A stretch of 61,113 nucleotides of DNA, filler included, from Candidatus Tectimicrobiota bacterium (GCA_016193065.1; 6 parts of 6 records of this genome joined end to end with filler, not necessarily neighbours in it), one strand, 5' to 3'; counted from the whole stretch's first letter, positions 39,075 to 48,494 are shown. A program made the numbers and translations. Notes: generated from the letters alone by a model not told the origin.

Positions 39075-39167
39075 TCAATTCCTTCCCCCTCGATGGGGGA
39101 AGGTGTGCAGACCGGAGTCAAGGGTAAGGGCAGGATGGGGGTGTTCTTCCAAGTCAGAGCGGAATTA
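39075..39167. repeat. Second local repeat (REP-like), copy B
   Basis: CCTTCCCCC-TCGAT-GGGGGAAGG hairpin plus the 3' extension shared with copy A. Confidence 0.75.
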
Positions 39168-39249
39168 CCCCCAGGATTGAGGTCGTCTTCGAGGCGAGGA
39201 GTTTTTCGTTCAGGGAGTTTTCTGCGTTTGAAAGCCGGAATCCTTGCGG

Positions 39250-39410
39250 AAAGGGGGACGTTGTTTCCGGGTGGACGACCTTCGTCCCCTCGATACCCTT
39301 TCCCATCACGTGATGCAGGGTCCCGAAGGCATCCAATCTTGACTTTCTGGGCATGCCCTCTCATTACCCCTAAGGAACGCAACCTGTCAAGTTCATTCAG
39401 AAATAACGGC
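39250..39410 (-). repeat. RAYT-derived mini-element copy 6
   Basis: GGGGGACGTTGTTTCCGGGTG at 39253, core at 39389; minus frame MPRKSRLDAFGTLHHVMGKGIEGTKV. Confidence 0.9.
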
Positions 39411-39574
39411 CTCTGTCCTTCCCGGGCTGTTGAGTTACACCCCTCCCCGGAGGGATACCCCTGCGCTTCACCACATCCGGTCGCCCGGATGCAGCGGGAG
39501 CCCGCTACATGGCTCTCTGGTGATTACCACGACCGGACTTCCACTGGTACGTTGTCAGTGCCTTTCAGGGCAAA
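39411..39574 (-). mobile_element. Probable group II intron 5' fragment (domain I start)
   Basis: Minus strand TTTGCCCTGAAAGGC...CCAGTGGAAGTCCGGTCGTGGTAATCACCAGAGAGCCATGTAGC resembles bacterial group II intron 5' ends; no RT ORF. Confidence 0.5.
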
Positions 39575-39585
39575 TGAATGCGTTG

Positions 39586-40048
39586 CTAGGTTGCCGGCCC
39601 ACTATCCACTAGCCTCCATATGGCTTCCGAGTCGACATTGAATGTGACTAGCAAGTCAAGAAGCTCCCGAATTCGCGAGTACACCCCGTTCTCCCTGGTC
39701 CTAAGCGGAAACCGAATAGGACGAACACCCAAGATTTCCAAATCACGATCGAATAGACTTCGGAACATCGCGTCTCGCTCAACCTCGTCGATCGATCGCG
39801 GCAAGAACGCAAAGTGCCTGTGCGACGACACTGGTCGCCCGAGTCGAAGAAAACGTCGGACGTTGGGATCGGTCATCGAGCTGCCGACGAACACGCACGT
39901 CGATTGGGACAGGTATCCAATCAAGATGACGTCGGGCCACGCGTAAGGCGTGCGGGAGTGTTGGAAGTAGTCATCTTCCCCAAGGACGAGCTGGGTCACA
40001 GGGCCACCACCAAGCCTGAGATAGCCGTGCGGGTGTACAACGGGTAGC
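39586..40048 (-). CDS. SIR2-like (SIR2_2) domain protein, 5' partial
   Basis: 'LPVVHPHGYL', 'LVLGEDDY', 'CVFVGSSMTDPNVRR'. Confidence 0.8.
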
Positions 40049-40148
40049 NNNNNNNNNNNNNNNNNNNNNNNNNNNNNNNNNNNNNNNNNNNNTTAATTAA
40101 TTAANNNNNNNNNNNNNNNNNNNNNNNNNNNNNNNNNNNNNNNNNNNN
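40049..40148. other. Artificial contig linker
   Basis: N run with TTAATTAATTAA. Confidence 0.99.
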
Positions 40149-40321
40149 TGATGCCGGGCTGGCTGAGCTTCTTCTTCAATGAGGGGCACCCGATGTGGGG
40201 GTACGGGAGCGAGAAGATTGTGACCGGGAAGGCGAGATGAGCGGGGTCCGGCCCGTCTCGCGCCGCGGCGGGTGGGCTCAGGCGGCCGGGCCGACGGCGG
40301 CAGCAAGGATCGGGCGATAGG

Positions 40322-41473
40322 ATGCTGTATCTCTGGCTTCTGGCAATCGTCCTATTGTTTCTCGTCTGGGAAAAACTCCTCCATGAGAGGCGTATCCGCG
40401 CCATCCGGATCCGCATCTTCGTGAACGGCACGAGAGGGAAGACCTCGGTTACGAGGATGATCGCCTCCGCTCTACGCGGGGCGGGAATTCGAACCGTGGC
40501 GAAGACGACGGGGGACCGACCGGTCTTCATCCATCCGGATGGGAGAGAGGAAATTCTCCGCCGCCGCGGGCCGGCCCGAATTCAGGAGCAAATCTCCTTC
40601 GTCGCCAAGGCGGCCGCGCTGGGGGCCGAGGCGATCGTAGTGGAGTGCATGGCCGTCGAGCCCCGCCTTCAGTTTGTTTCCGGAGCGAGGATCATCAAGC
40701 CCACCGTGGGTGTCATCACGAACGTCAGGGCGGATCATCTGGAGACGATGGGCGATACGCTGGACGACATTGCGGGGGCTCTCAGCCTGACGATTCCATC
40801 CGCGGGAAGTCTGGTCGTCGGCGATCCGTCCTATCTGGATTTTTTTAGAAGAAAGGCGGCAAAGAAGAACACGGTGCTGCGCTCCGCGTGGGCGGCTCCG
40901 CAGGGGTTGCACGGCGCCGATCCGGAGCTCCTTTTCCCGGAGAACGCCGCCGTGGCCAGAGAGGTATGTTCGCTCCTGAACGTGAATCTGTCCGGGGAAT
41001 CGGGTCCTGTAGGGAGGACGGGGGTGGTCAGGGTACCCGTGCGAGGGCGGAGGATCCATTTCGTCGACGCCTTCTCGGCGAACGATGTGCAATCGAGCGC
41101 GATCGCGCAGGAGGCGGTTCTAAGCCGGTACGACTGTCCTCGACCGTTCGTCGCTCTCCTGAACAACCGCGCGGACAGGCCGCTGAGGATGCGCTCGTTC
41201 GTGTCCTATCTGTCCGGTCAGGATGGGTACGAGTACATCGTCCTGGTTGGAGAGAGCCGCTGGTCGGCCCGGAGATTGTTGCGCCGGGAGGGAAGAAGAC
41301 AAAGGGTTCTGGTTCTCGGGACCCGGGATCCGGCCAAGCTCCTGGATGAAATTTGCCGCGCGATTTCCCAATCGGAGTTCACCCTTTTCGGATTGGGCAA
41401 TTTTCGGGGCGTGGGCGCCCGCCTGTCGGACCATCTTTACCGCGAATCGGAGGATCGGGGTGAATTATGTTGA
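40322..41473 (+). CDS. pgsB: Poly-gamma-glutamate synthase PgsB/CapB
   Basis: 'VNGTRGKTSVTR', 'AKTTG', 'VECMA', 'ITNVRADH', 'AFSAND..S', 'NNRADR'. Confidence 0.92.
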   Translation: MLYLWLLAIVLLFLVWEKLLHERRIRAIRIRIFVNGTRGKTSVTRMIASALRGAGIRTVAKTTGDRPVFIHPDGREEILRRRGPARIQEQISFVAKAAALGAEAIVVECMAVEPRLQFVSGARIIKPTVGVITNVRADHLETMGDTLDDIAGALSLTIPSAGSLVVGDPSYLDFFRRKAAKKNTVLRSAWAAPQGLHGADPELLFPENAAVAREVCSLLNVNLSGESGPVGRTGVVRVPVRGRRIHFVDAFSANDVQSSAIAQEAVLSRYDCPRPFVALLNNRADRPLRMRSFVSYLSGQDGYEYIVLVGESRWSARRLLRREGRRQRVLVLGTRDPAKLLDEICRAISQSEFTLFGLGNFRGVGARLSDHLYRESEDRGELC

Positions 41474-41907
41474 CTGAGTCAATCGCTATCGGGCTGGTCG
41501 TCGGCTTCCTCTTCTACGAGAGGATCGGATTTTCGCCGGGAGGCCTCGTTGTTCCGGGGTACGTTGCCCTTTTCCTGGATCGTCCCTTGGTGCTTTTCTG
41601 CGCTTTGGCGATCGCCTTTGTCGTCTATGGCGTGGTGCGCCTGCTCGCCGAAGTGACGATCACCTACAGCCGGCGGCGCTTTCTGCTGATGGTGATTGCC
41701 GGTTTTGGATTCCAGCGTGCTCTGGAGGCCCTGGTTTTTCCCGTCGTGCCTGCAAGCACGGAGATTCAGACGATCGGGTATATAATTCCCGGATTGATTG
41801 CGAACGACATGGACCGGCAGCGCGTCGTTCCCACGGTAGCTTCCCTCGTCATCGTGGCTGTGATCGTGCGTTTGATTCTGATCATTCTGGGTTACATGGG
41901 CCGATGA
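41467..41907 (+). CDS. pgsC: Poly-gamma-glutamate biosynthesis protein PgsC/CapC
   Basis: 'G.SPGGLVVPGY.AL', 'IGYIIPGLIAN'. Confidence 0.92.
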   Translation: MLTESIAIGLVVGFLFYERIGFSPGGLVVPGYVALFLDRPLVLFCALAIAFVVYGVVRLLAEVTITYSRRRFLLMVIAGFGFQRALEALVFPVVPASTEIQTIGYIIPGLIANDMDRQRVVPTVASLVIVAVIVRLILIILGYMGR

Positions 41908-42989
41908 ACTCCGATCGGATGAGGAAGATGCGAACTTCGCGGATTCTGCTCATTGCTCTTTGCGCCGTCGCCGTCCAGCTCGGGGTGGACGGCTCCAGGG
42001 CCTTCGTGCGTGATCCCGTCCTTGAAGACATGACGGCCGCCGCGAGACTTGCAAAACGCGCCATGGAGATCCTCAAAGAAGAAAGTGTGAAAAGGGGAAT
42101 TGCGATCGATCATGGAACGGACCCGAATGAAACCGGGCTTATCGGGGCGGAGTATTCGGATCTGACCACGACGCTGGGATCGCTTGAATCCAAGAGAACA
42201 TCAACAAATCCGAACTTCGCCGGGATCGTCGTGGAAATGCTTCACAGGGCTGGCGCAAAGCAAGGGGAGCAGGTCGCCGTAAGCCTTTCGGGGTCCTTTC
42301 CGGCCCTGAACGTAGCCGTATTTTCCGCGCTTCAGGTTTTGAAACTGCGACCGATTCTGATCAGTTCGGTGGGGGCCTCCGCATACGGGGCCAATGATCC
42401 AGAGTGGACATGGTTGGATATGGAAAGGAGTCTGAGAGAGAGGGAAGTGTTCCCATATGCTTCGAGAGCGGCATCGCTGGGGGGCATCGCCGAGGGCGGG
42501 GGCGGTTTGGGGGAGCACGGGATCCTGATGGGATTGGCCGCTATACACCGAAACGGGGTTCGGCATCTGGATGAGAGAGGGTCCGCGACCCTGGGAAACG
42601 ATATAAAAATCCATGTGTCGCTCTATGAGTCTGAACTGGGCAGGGAAAAACTGGCGGCGTTTATCAACGTCGGCGGCTCGTTGACGTCCCTGGGAGAATG
42701 CCGTGATGCCGGCTCCCTCCCCGTCGGTCTGGTGCTCAAGCTCCCCAGGTCGACATGTCCCGGGAGGGGGCTGATTTCGCAAATGGCCGAGAAGGGCGTA
42801 CCCGTAATCCACCTGCTGAACATCAGGCGCATCGCAACTCGCTACGGCCTGCCGGTTGATCCGATCCCCCTGCCTCCCGTTCCTGACGGGAAAGCGATGA
42901 GGCCGGGTAAGTATTCTCTTCCCGTTGTCCTGACTGGACTGGTCGTTTTGTTGGCGGCATTGTCCCTTGAATTCCGGAAAAAGGACTAA
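41904..42989 (+). CDS. pgsW: Poly-gamma-glutamate system protein (PgsW-like)
   Basis: 'DPNETGLIG', 'TTTLGSLESKRTSTNPNFA', 'SGSFPALN', 'SSVGAS.YGAN'. Confidence 0.85.
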   Translation: MNSDRMRKMRTSRILLIALCAVAVQLGVDGSRAFVRDPVLEDMTAAARLAKRAMEILKEESVKRGIAIDHGTDPNETGLIGAEYSDLTTTLGSLESKRTSTNPNFAGIVVEMLHRAGAKQGEQVAVSLSGSFPALNVAVFSALQVLKLRPILISSVGASAYGANDPEWTWLDMERSLREREVFPYASRAASLGGIAEGGGGLGEHGILMGLAAIHRNGVRHLDERGSATLGNDIKIHVSLYESELGREKLAAFINVGGSLTSLGECRDAGSLPVGLVLKLPRSTCPGRGLISQMAEKGVPVIHLLNIRRIATRYGLPVDPIPLPPVPDGKAMRPGKYSLPVVLTGLVVLLAALSLEFRKKD

Positions 42990-43076
42990 ACCTGTCACAA
43001 AAATGCCCGGTTTACCTCCTCCCTACACCCCTCAGGGGGGTATGGAGGAAGAGGGGAATTGTTGTTCGCCTTGCGA

Positions 43077-43122
43077 AATCCCCCCTTCCCCCCTTTTTAA
43101 AGGGGGGAACAGGGGGATTTTC
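43077..43122. repeat. REP-like palindrome (CCCCCTTT..AAAGGGGG family)
   Basis: AATCCCCC..CCCCCTTTTTAAAGGGGGG..AGGGGGATT; relative at 52071-52103. Confidence 0.65.
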
Positions 43123-43123
43123 T

Positions 43124-44284
43124 TCAGTACAGGAACATGGGCTTGTTGAGAACGCGGGTGACCTTGGGCTTGTAGTTCTCCACGTCGTACAACTCATCTA
43201 TGTCCACCCGCTTCACGCCCTGCGTCAGCGTCTCGATGGGCAGGGTCGTGTACTTTCCCTCCCTTAACGCGACCATCTTGCCGTAGTCCTTCTTCAGGGC
43301 CAGATCCGTGGCCAGATTCGCAAAGCTGATCGCCACCATACGGTCCAGAGCATCGGGCTCCCCGCTCCTCATCAAATAGGCCACTTTCTGATAGACCGTA
43401 CGGACGCCGAGGATTTCCTTGATGGCCTCTTCCGTCAGCGCGCCGATGCCGCCCAGCTTCCGATGCCCGTAGGCATCCTGCTGACCGTACTCGACGACGT
43501 TCCCCCCGATCATCTGTGCCCCCTCGGAAATGGTCATGATGGCGTAGTTGCTTGGATTCCTCTGTTTGTCCTCCCAGAGGAACCGGGCCAATTTGTCGGG
43601 ATCGAACGGCACCTCCGAGATAATCGCCCGGTCCACCCCGGCCAGATACGCGGAGATCAGGGACGTTTCACCGGAATTCCTGCCAAACAGTTCGACCACG
43701 GCGATGCGCTCGTGGGATCCGGCGACTGTGCGAAGCGCGGTGATGAAATCCACGCTGCGGGTCACCGCCGTCGAGAAGCCGATACAGTAGTCAGTACCGT
43801 ACACGTCGTTATCCATGGTCTTGGGGATGGCGATGATCGGGACTCCCTCCTTATGCAGGCGGAGAGAGTAACTCTGCGTATCATCGCCGCCGATGCTGAT
43901 CAGCACGTCCAGCTTCAGGTGCTCGATCACCTTCAAGACGTGAAGAGTGAAATTCACTGGTTCCTTCTCCTCGAGGAGACCGTGCTCCGGCATGCGCAGG
44001 TACGCGGGGATCTCTTTTTTTTCCACCGCTGCTGGGTTGGTCCGGGAGGTATGCAGGAATGTCCCTCCCGTGCGGTCCACCGTCCGGGTGTTCGCTTTGC
44101 TCAGCGGCAACGTCAGCTTTCTACTCTGCTCGGGCGCATCGATGTTGTACTCCAGCAGTCCCGCCCAGCCGCGTCGGATACCAATGATCTCAGCTCCTGC
44201 ATCCGTCGCATGATAGACAACCGCCTTAATACAAGCGTTTAAACCGGGGACATCCCCACCGCCGGTTAAGATTCCAATTCTCAT
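43124..44284 (-). CDS. pfkA: 6-phosphofructokinase (PfkA family, PPi-type signature)
   Basis: '[10 protein letters not shown]', 'GGTFLHTSR', 'GGDDT', 'PKTMDND', 'ELFGR'. Confidence 0.92.
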   Translation of the reverse strand: MRIGILTGGGDVPGLNACIKAVVYHATDAGAEIIGIRRGWAGLLEYNIDAPEQSRKLTLPLSKANTRTVDRTGGTFLHTSRTNPAAVEKKEIPAYLRMPEHGLLEEKEPVNFTLHVLKVIEHLKLDVLISIGGDDTQSYSLRLHKEGVPIIAIPKTMDNDVYGTDYCIGFSTAVTRSVDFITALRTVAGSHERIAVVELFGRNSGETSLISAYLAGVDRAIISEVPFDPDKLARFLWEDKQRNPSNYAIMTISEGAQMIGGNVVEYGQQDAYGHRKLGGIGALTEEAIKEILGVRTVYQKVAYLMRSGEPDALDRMVAISFANLATDLALKKDYGKMVALREGKYTTLPIETLTQGVKRVDIDELYDVENYKPKVTRVLNKPMFLY

Positions 44285-44658
44285 GGTGCTTTTACCTCCA
44301 AAGACCGAACTGCGACCGGGTTCCGCCCCGGCTTTCAAGTTGCATAGTAAAAAGGTACATCGCCTTTCCTTAATTGCCACATCTTTTAGTCCTGGTTTGA
44401 CCTTGAGCTCCTCAAACCTGGCTCGGTTGACCCAGGAAAATAAAGCAATCACATCATTTACGCTTTTCCATTTTCCGGAGTAATCTTTCCCTATCCAATA
44501 AACCAAAGGACACGTCCCGATCATGCCACCCTTGCGGTACGCTTCTCTTGCTTCCCGAAGAGGATTTCTATTCATTTTTTGCGATCCTGAAGAAGTGAGT
44601 CCGACCAGGCTTTAGGGCCTGTCGGCAAAATCTGTCTGCGCGAAAGGAGGTGAAAACC

Positions 44659-45285
44659 ATGAAGGAAAAAGACAACGACTCCTCCAAGAAATCGTCTTTG
44701 ATGACTCGCCGGACGTTCCTGAAAGGGGGAGCCCTCACAACGGCTGCCCTCTCCACCGGGGTGCTTGGGGCCGAGGTTGGTGAGGCCCACCTCGCTCTGG
44801 AAGACTATCCCTCGGCATTAAAAAGGGCCACGGTGACCCTGAAGGTGAACGGCCTGCGCCACCGCCTGGAGGTGGAACCCAGAACCACCCTGCTGGAAGT
44901 CCTCCGGGAAGAGCTCCAGCTCACGGGCACCAAAAAGGGGTGCGACCGGGGCCAGTGCGGCTCCTGCACGGTACTGCTCAATGGCCGCCCTGTCTACTCC
45001 TGTCTGTCTCTGGCCATTGAGGCGGTGGGCAAGGAGATTCTCACCATCGAGGGGATCTCGGACGGGGAGACGCTGCACCCCGTGCAGCGGGCCTTCGTCC
45101 AGGAGATGGGGCTGCAGTGCGGCTTTTGCAGTCCGGGGCAGATCCTGGCCACCGTGGCTCTCCTGGGCAAGAACCCCAGCCCCAGCGAGGCCCAGATCCG
45201 CCAGGCCCTGGCCGGGAATCTTTGCCGCTGCGGCGCTTACCCCATGATCTTCAAATCGGTGCAAACGGCAGCGCGCCTGCGCTAG
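44659..45285 (+). CDS. 2Fe-2S subunit of a xanthine oxidase-family enzyme with Tat signal (PaoA-like)
   Basis: 'TRRTFLK'; 'GTKKGCDRGQCGSC', 'QCGFC', 'NLCRCG'. Confidence 0.92.
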   Translation: MKEKDNDSSKKSSLMTRRTFLKGGALTTAALSTGVLGAEVGEAHLALEDYPSALKRATVTLKVNGLRHRLEVEPRTTLLEVLREELQLTGTKKGCDRGQCGSCTVLLNGRPVYSCLSLAIEAVGKEILTIEGISDGETLHPVQRAFVQEMGLQCGFCSPGQILATVALLGKNPSPSEAQIRQALAGNLCRCGAYPMIFKSVQTAARLR

Positions 45286-45303
45286 AGAAAGGGGGGAAAT
45301 CCC

Positions 45304-47499
45304 GTGGCCGAAACCTTTTCCATAATCGGAAAGCCTTTGCCACCTCACGACGGGGCGGACAGGGTCTGCGGAAGAGCGGAGTACACCGCCGACGTAAAGC
45401 TCCCCGGTCTCCTGTACGCCAAGATCCTGCGCAGCCCTTATCCTCACGCCAGGGTGACCAAGCTGGACACCCGCAAAGCAGCGGCTCTGCCCGGGGTCAA
45501 AGCCGTTCTGACCTTCAGAGACGTGGCCGCTGTTCCCGCCGGTCCTGCCCTGGGGAAGCAGAAAAGCGTGCTTGGCGAGACGGTCCGCTTTGTCGGGGAC
45601 GGCGTGGCTGCCGTAGCCGCCGTCCGGGAATCCATCGCCGAGGACGCTCTGCGGCTCATCGAGGTGGAGTATGAGCGCCTCCCCTTTGTCCTGGACCCCG
45701 AGGAAGCCCTGAAACCCGAAGCTCCCAAAATCTATCCCGAGGGGAACTTGCTCGGGGGGAAGCCGCTCGTCTTCAATCGGGGGGATGTCGAAAAAGGGTT
45801 TGCCGAGGCGGACCGGATCTTTGAAGAAACCTATACGACCCCCATTGGAGTCGGCAATGCCATGGAGCCCCGGGCCACGCTGGCTCGTTGGGAGAGGGGG
45901 AAACTGACCGTCTGGCTTTCCAGCCAGGCTCCTTTTGGGGCCAGAGCCTACCTGGCCTCAGCCCTCAAGATGCCCGAGAACCGCGTCCGCGTCATTTCCA
46001 CCTATGTAGGGGGAGGCTGGGGGACAAAGGCCGGTCCCCACGGAGACGAGGCGGTCTGTGCGTTGCTGGCCAAAAAGGCCGGCGCGCCGGTTCTTCTCAA
46101 CTTCACCCGAGAAGAGGAGATGCTGTGCGCCCACATCCGGTATGCCATGAAGATGACCTTCAAGGCCGGGATCAAGAGAGACGGCACACTGACGACCCTC
46201 TCCGTGAAGATGATCGGTAATCAGGGTGCTTACGCCTCCGCCTTTGGAGATCTGGGCACCCAGGCGACCCATCTCTACCAGATCCCGAACCTGCGGACGG
46301 AGCGCTACCGGGTGCACACGAACACTCCCAGTGCAGGACCTGTGCGAGGCGTGGGGGACCCCTATGAAACCTTTGCTCTGGAGCAGCTCGTGGACATGAT
46401 GGCCCACGAATTGGGCCTGGATCCGTTGCAGGTGCACCTGAAAAACATCGTCCGCACGGGTACCGACATCGATGGCTCCAAGGTTTCCAGTTCGGGGCTG
46501 GAGGAGTGCATCCGGAAAGGAGCTGAAAAAATCCGCTGGGAAAGCAGGGGAAAACCGGGAGCCGCTGCAGGAAGCAAGAAGCGGGGCCTGGGGATGGCCC
46601 TCACGGATCGCACGGGCGGAGTCGGACCCTCGTCGGCCGTGGTCAAGATCAACTTCGATGGCAGCGTGAACCTCCTGATGGGGGCTACCGACATCGGCAC
46701 GGGGAGCCGCACTTCCATCTGCCAGGTGGTGGCCGAGGTGCTCGGCGTGGATCTAAAGGATATCACGGTGACTTCCTCGGACACGGAGATGGTCCCCTTC
46801 TGCCCCGGCACCTTTGGGAGCCGCGTCATGCATACGGCCGGCAAAGCGGCTTATGAGGCGGCGCTGGAAGCCCGAAAGAAGCTGTTTGCCGCGGCGGCAT
46901 CTCAACTGAAGGCCCGGCTCGAGGAACTGGAAATCCGGGATCACGTGATCTCCGTTCTGGGAGCGCCGGACCGCAAGATTCCACTGAAGGAAGTGACCCA
47001 GAAAGCAGGTGTCATGTTCATCGGCAGTGCCAGCACCATGCAACCCGTGAGACCGCAGACGGCAAGGCAGTACGGCGCCCAGTTTGCGGAAGTGGAGGTG
47101 GACACGGAGACCGGTCAAGTGGCGGTCCTCCGGGTGGTGGCTGCTCACGATGTAGGAAGGGCCATCAACCCGCAAATCATCGACAATCAGATCGAAGGGG
47201 GAGTCATCCAGGGGATCGGGATGGCCTTTTCCGAGCGGCTCCTCTTCGACCGGGCGACGGGGATTCCCCTCAACGCCGATCTCCTCGACTTCAAGGTTCC
47301 CACGATGATGGAGCTCACGGTGATCGAACCGATCCTGGTGGAGGCGAACAACCCCTTGGGACCCTTTGGCGCCAAAGGGGTGGGAGAGGGGCCGGTCCAA
47401 ATTCCCATGGCTGCCATTGCCAATGCTTTCTTTAACGCTACTGGCCGCCGGATCAAGGAGCTCCCCATGACCCGCGGCATAGTGCTGGCAGCCCTCTAG
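45304..47499 (+). CDS. Molybdopterin-binding subunit, xanthine dehydrogenase/aldehyde oxidoreductase family
   Basis: 'LRSPYPHA', 'VGGGWGTK', 'DIGTGS', 'QIEGG..QG.G', 'AKGVGE'. Confidence 0.92.
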   Translation: MAETFSIIGKPLPPHDGADRVCGRAEYTADVKLPGLLYAKILRSPYPHARVTKLDTRKAAALPGVKAVLTFRDVAAVPAGPALGKQKSVLGETVRFVGDGVAAVAAVRESIAEDALRLIEVEYERLPFVLDPEEALKPEAPKIYPEGNLLGGKPLVFNRGDVEKGFAEADRIFEETYTTPIGVGNAMEPRATLARWERGKLTVWLSSQAPFGARAYLASALKMPENRVRVISTYVGGGWGTKAGPHGDEAVCALLAKKAGAPVLLNFTREEEMLCAHIRYAMKMTFKAGIKRDGTLTTLSVKMIGNQGAYASAFGDLGTQATHLYQIPNLRTERYRVHTNTPSAGPVRGVGDPYETFALEQLVDMMAHELGLDPLQVHLKNIVRTGTDIDGSKVSSSGLEECIRKGAEKIRWESRGKPGAAAGSKKRGLGMALTDRTGGVGPSSAVVKINFDGSVNLLMGATDIGTGSRTSICQVVAEVLGVDLKDITVTSSDTEMVPFCPGTFGSRVMHTAGKAAYEAALEARKKLFAAAASQLKARLEELEIRDHVISVLGAPDRKIPLKEVTQKAGVMFIGSASTMQPVRPQTARQYGAQFAEVEVDTETGQVAVLRVVAAHDVGRAINPQIIDNQIEGGVIQGIGMAFSERLLFDRATGIPLNADLLDFKVPTMMELTVIEPILVEANNPLGPFGAKGVGEGPVQIPMAAIANAFFNATGRRIKELPMTRGIVLAAL

Positions 47500-47519
47500 G
47501 CGGAAGGGAGGTGAGTGAG

Positions 47520-48494
47520 ATGAAGAGCTTTGCTTACGTTCCGGCGACTTCCACGAAAAGCGCCGTTGCCCTTCTGGGACGGGCGCGGGGAAAAGCGAGG
47601 GTCATGGCCGGGGGGACGGACCTCCTCGGGGAGATGAAGGATAACCTGATCAGCCCTGAACAGATTGTCGGCTTGAAGCCCGCAGCCGATCTGAACTATG
47701 TGAAGGCCGAGGCTTCCGGCCTGCGGATCGGGGCTCTGACTCCCTTGAGCGAGCTGGCCGAGCATAAGGTCGTGAGGGAACGGTACCCGATTCTCGTCCA
47801 GGCGGTCGAGCAGATTGCCACTCCACAACTGCGCAATATGGGGACCGTGGGGGGAAATCTCTGCCAGCGCCCCCGTTGCTGGTATTACCGGGGGGCCTCC
47901 TTTCCCTGCCTGAAGAAGGGGGGGGAGATTTGCTACGCCGTCAATGGGGAGAATCTCTACAACGCGATTCTGGAGGGGGGACCTTGTTACATCGTGCACC
48001 CTTCCGACTTGGCTTCTCCTCTCCAAGCCCTGGGTGCGAAGGTCAAGATGGCGGGCCCGAAAGGGGAGCGCACAGTTCCCCTGGAGAAGTTCTTCGTTCT
48101 TCCCCGGGTCAATGCGAAGAAGGAGAACATCCTGGGGCAGGAGGAGATTCTCACGGAGATTCAGGTGCCGGCCGTCCCCGCGACGATGCGCGGGACCTAC
48201 GTGAAATTCAAGGAGCGGGGGAGCTGGGATTTTGGCCTGGTCAGCGCCGCCGCCCTGCTGGATATTCGGGACGGAATCTGTCGGGAGGCGCGCATTGTCC
48301 TGGGAGCCGTGGCGCCCGTTCCGTACCGGGCCGCGCGGGCGGAGGAGGTCCTGAAAGGGAAACGGGTGGACGAGAGGCTTGCAGCTCAAGTCGCAGAAGT
48401 GGCGGTCATGGCTGCTCGTCCTATGTCCCAGAACGCATACAAGGTCAGACTGGCACAGGCTGCCGTGAAGAGGACGGTTCTGTCGCTGGCATAA
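47520..48494 (+). CDS. FAD-binding subunit with 4Fe-4S insert (PaoB-like)
   Basis: 'AGGTDL', 'QLRNMGTVGGNLCQRPRCWYYR...C.KKGG..C', 'HPSD'. Confidence 0.92.
   Translation: MKSFAYVPATSTKSAVALLGRARGKARVMAGGTDLLGEMKDNLISPEQIVGLKPAADLNYVKAEASGLRIGALTPLSELAEHKVVRERYPILVQAVEQIATPQLRNMGTVGGNLCQRPRCWYYRGASFPCLKKGGEICYAVNGENLYNAILEGGPCYIVHPSDLASPLQALGAKVKMAGPKGERTVPLEKFFVLPRVNAKKENILGQEEILTEIQVPAVPATMRGTYVKFKERGSWDFGLVSAAALLDIRDGICREARIVLGAVAPVPYRAARAEEVLKGKRVDERLAAQVAEVAVMAARPMSQNAYKVRLAQAAVKRTVLSLA

Noticed and set aside
32208-39410. CRISPR array
   Set aside because: The repeats are ~160 bp, divergent and 0.8-2.1 kb apart with whole genes between them; no cas genes are present.
38948-39641. ORFs 38948-39382, 39054-39641 and 39154-39354 as functional genes
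   Set aside because: They are read-throughs of repeats and mobile-element relics; only the first ~26 codons of 39154-39354 are transposase-like.
32208-40048. Classical complete integron
   Set aside because: No intI and no full-length attC hairpin are visible; only core-like heptamers remain (reported as a finding).
44285-44575. N-terminal extension of pfkA or a separate gene
   Set aside because: A good RBS and ATG lie at 44284; the upstream region is an AT-rich divergent intergenic stretch with no recognisable motif.
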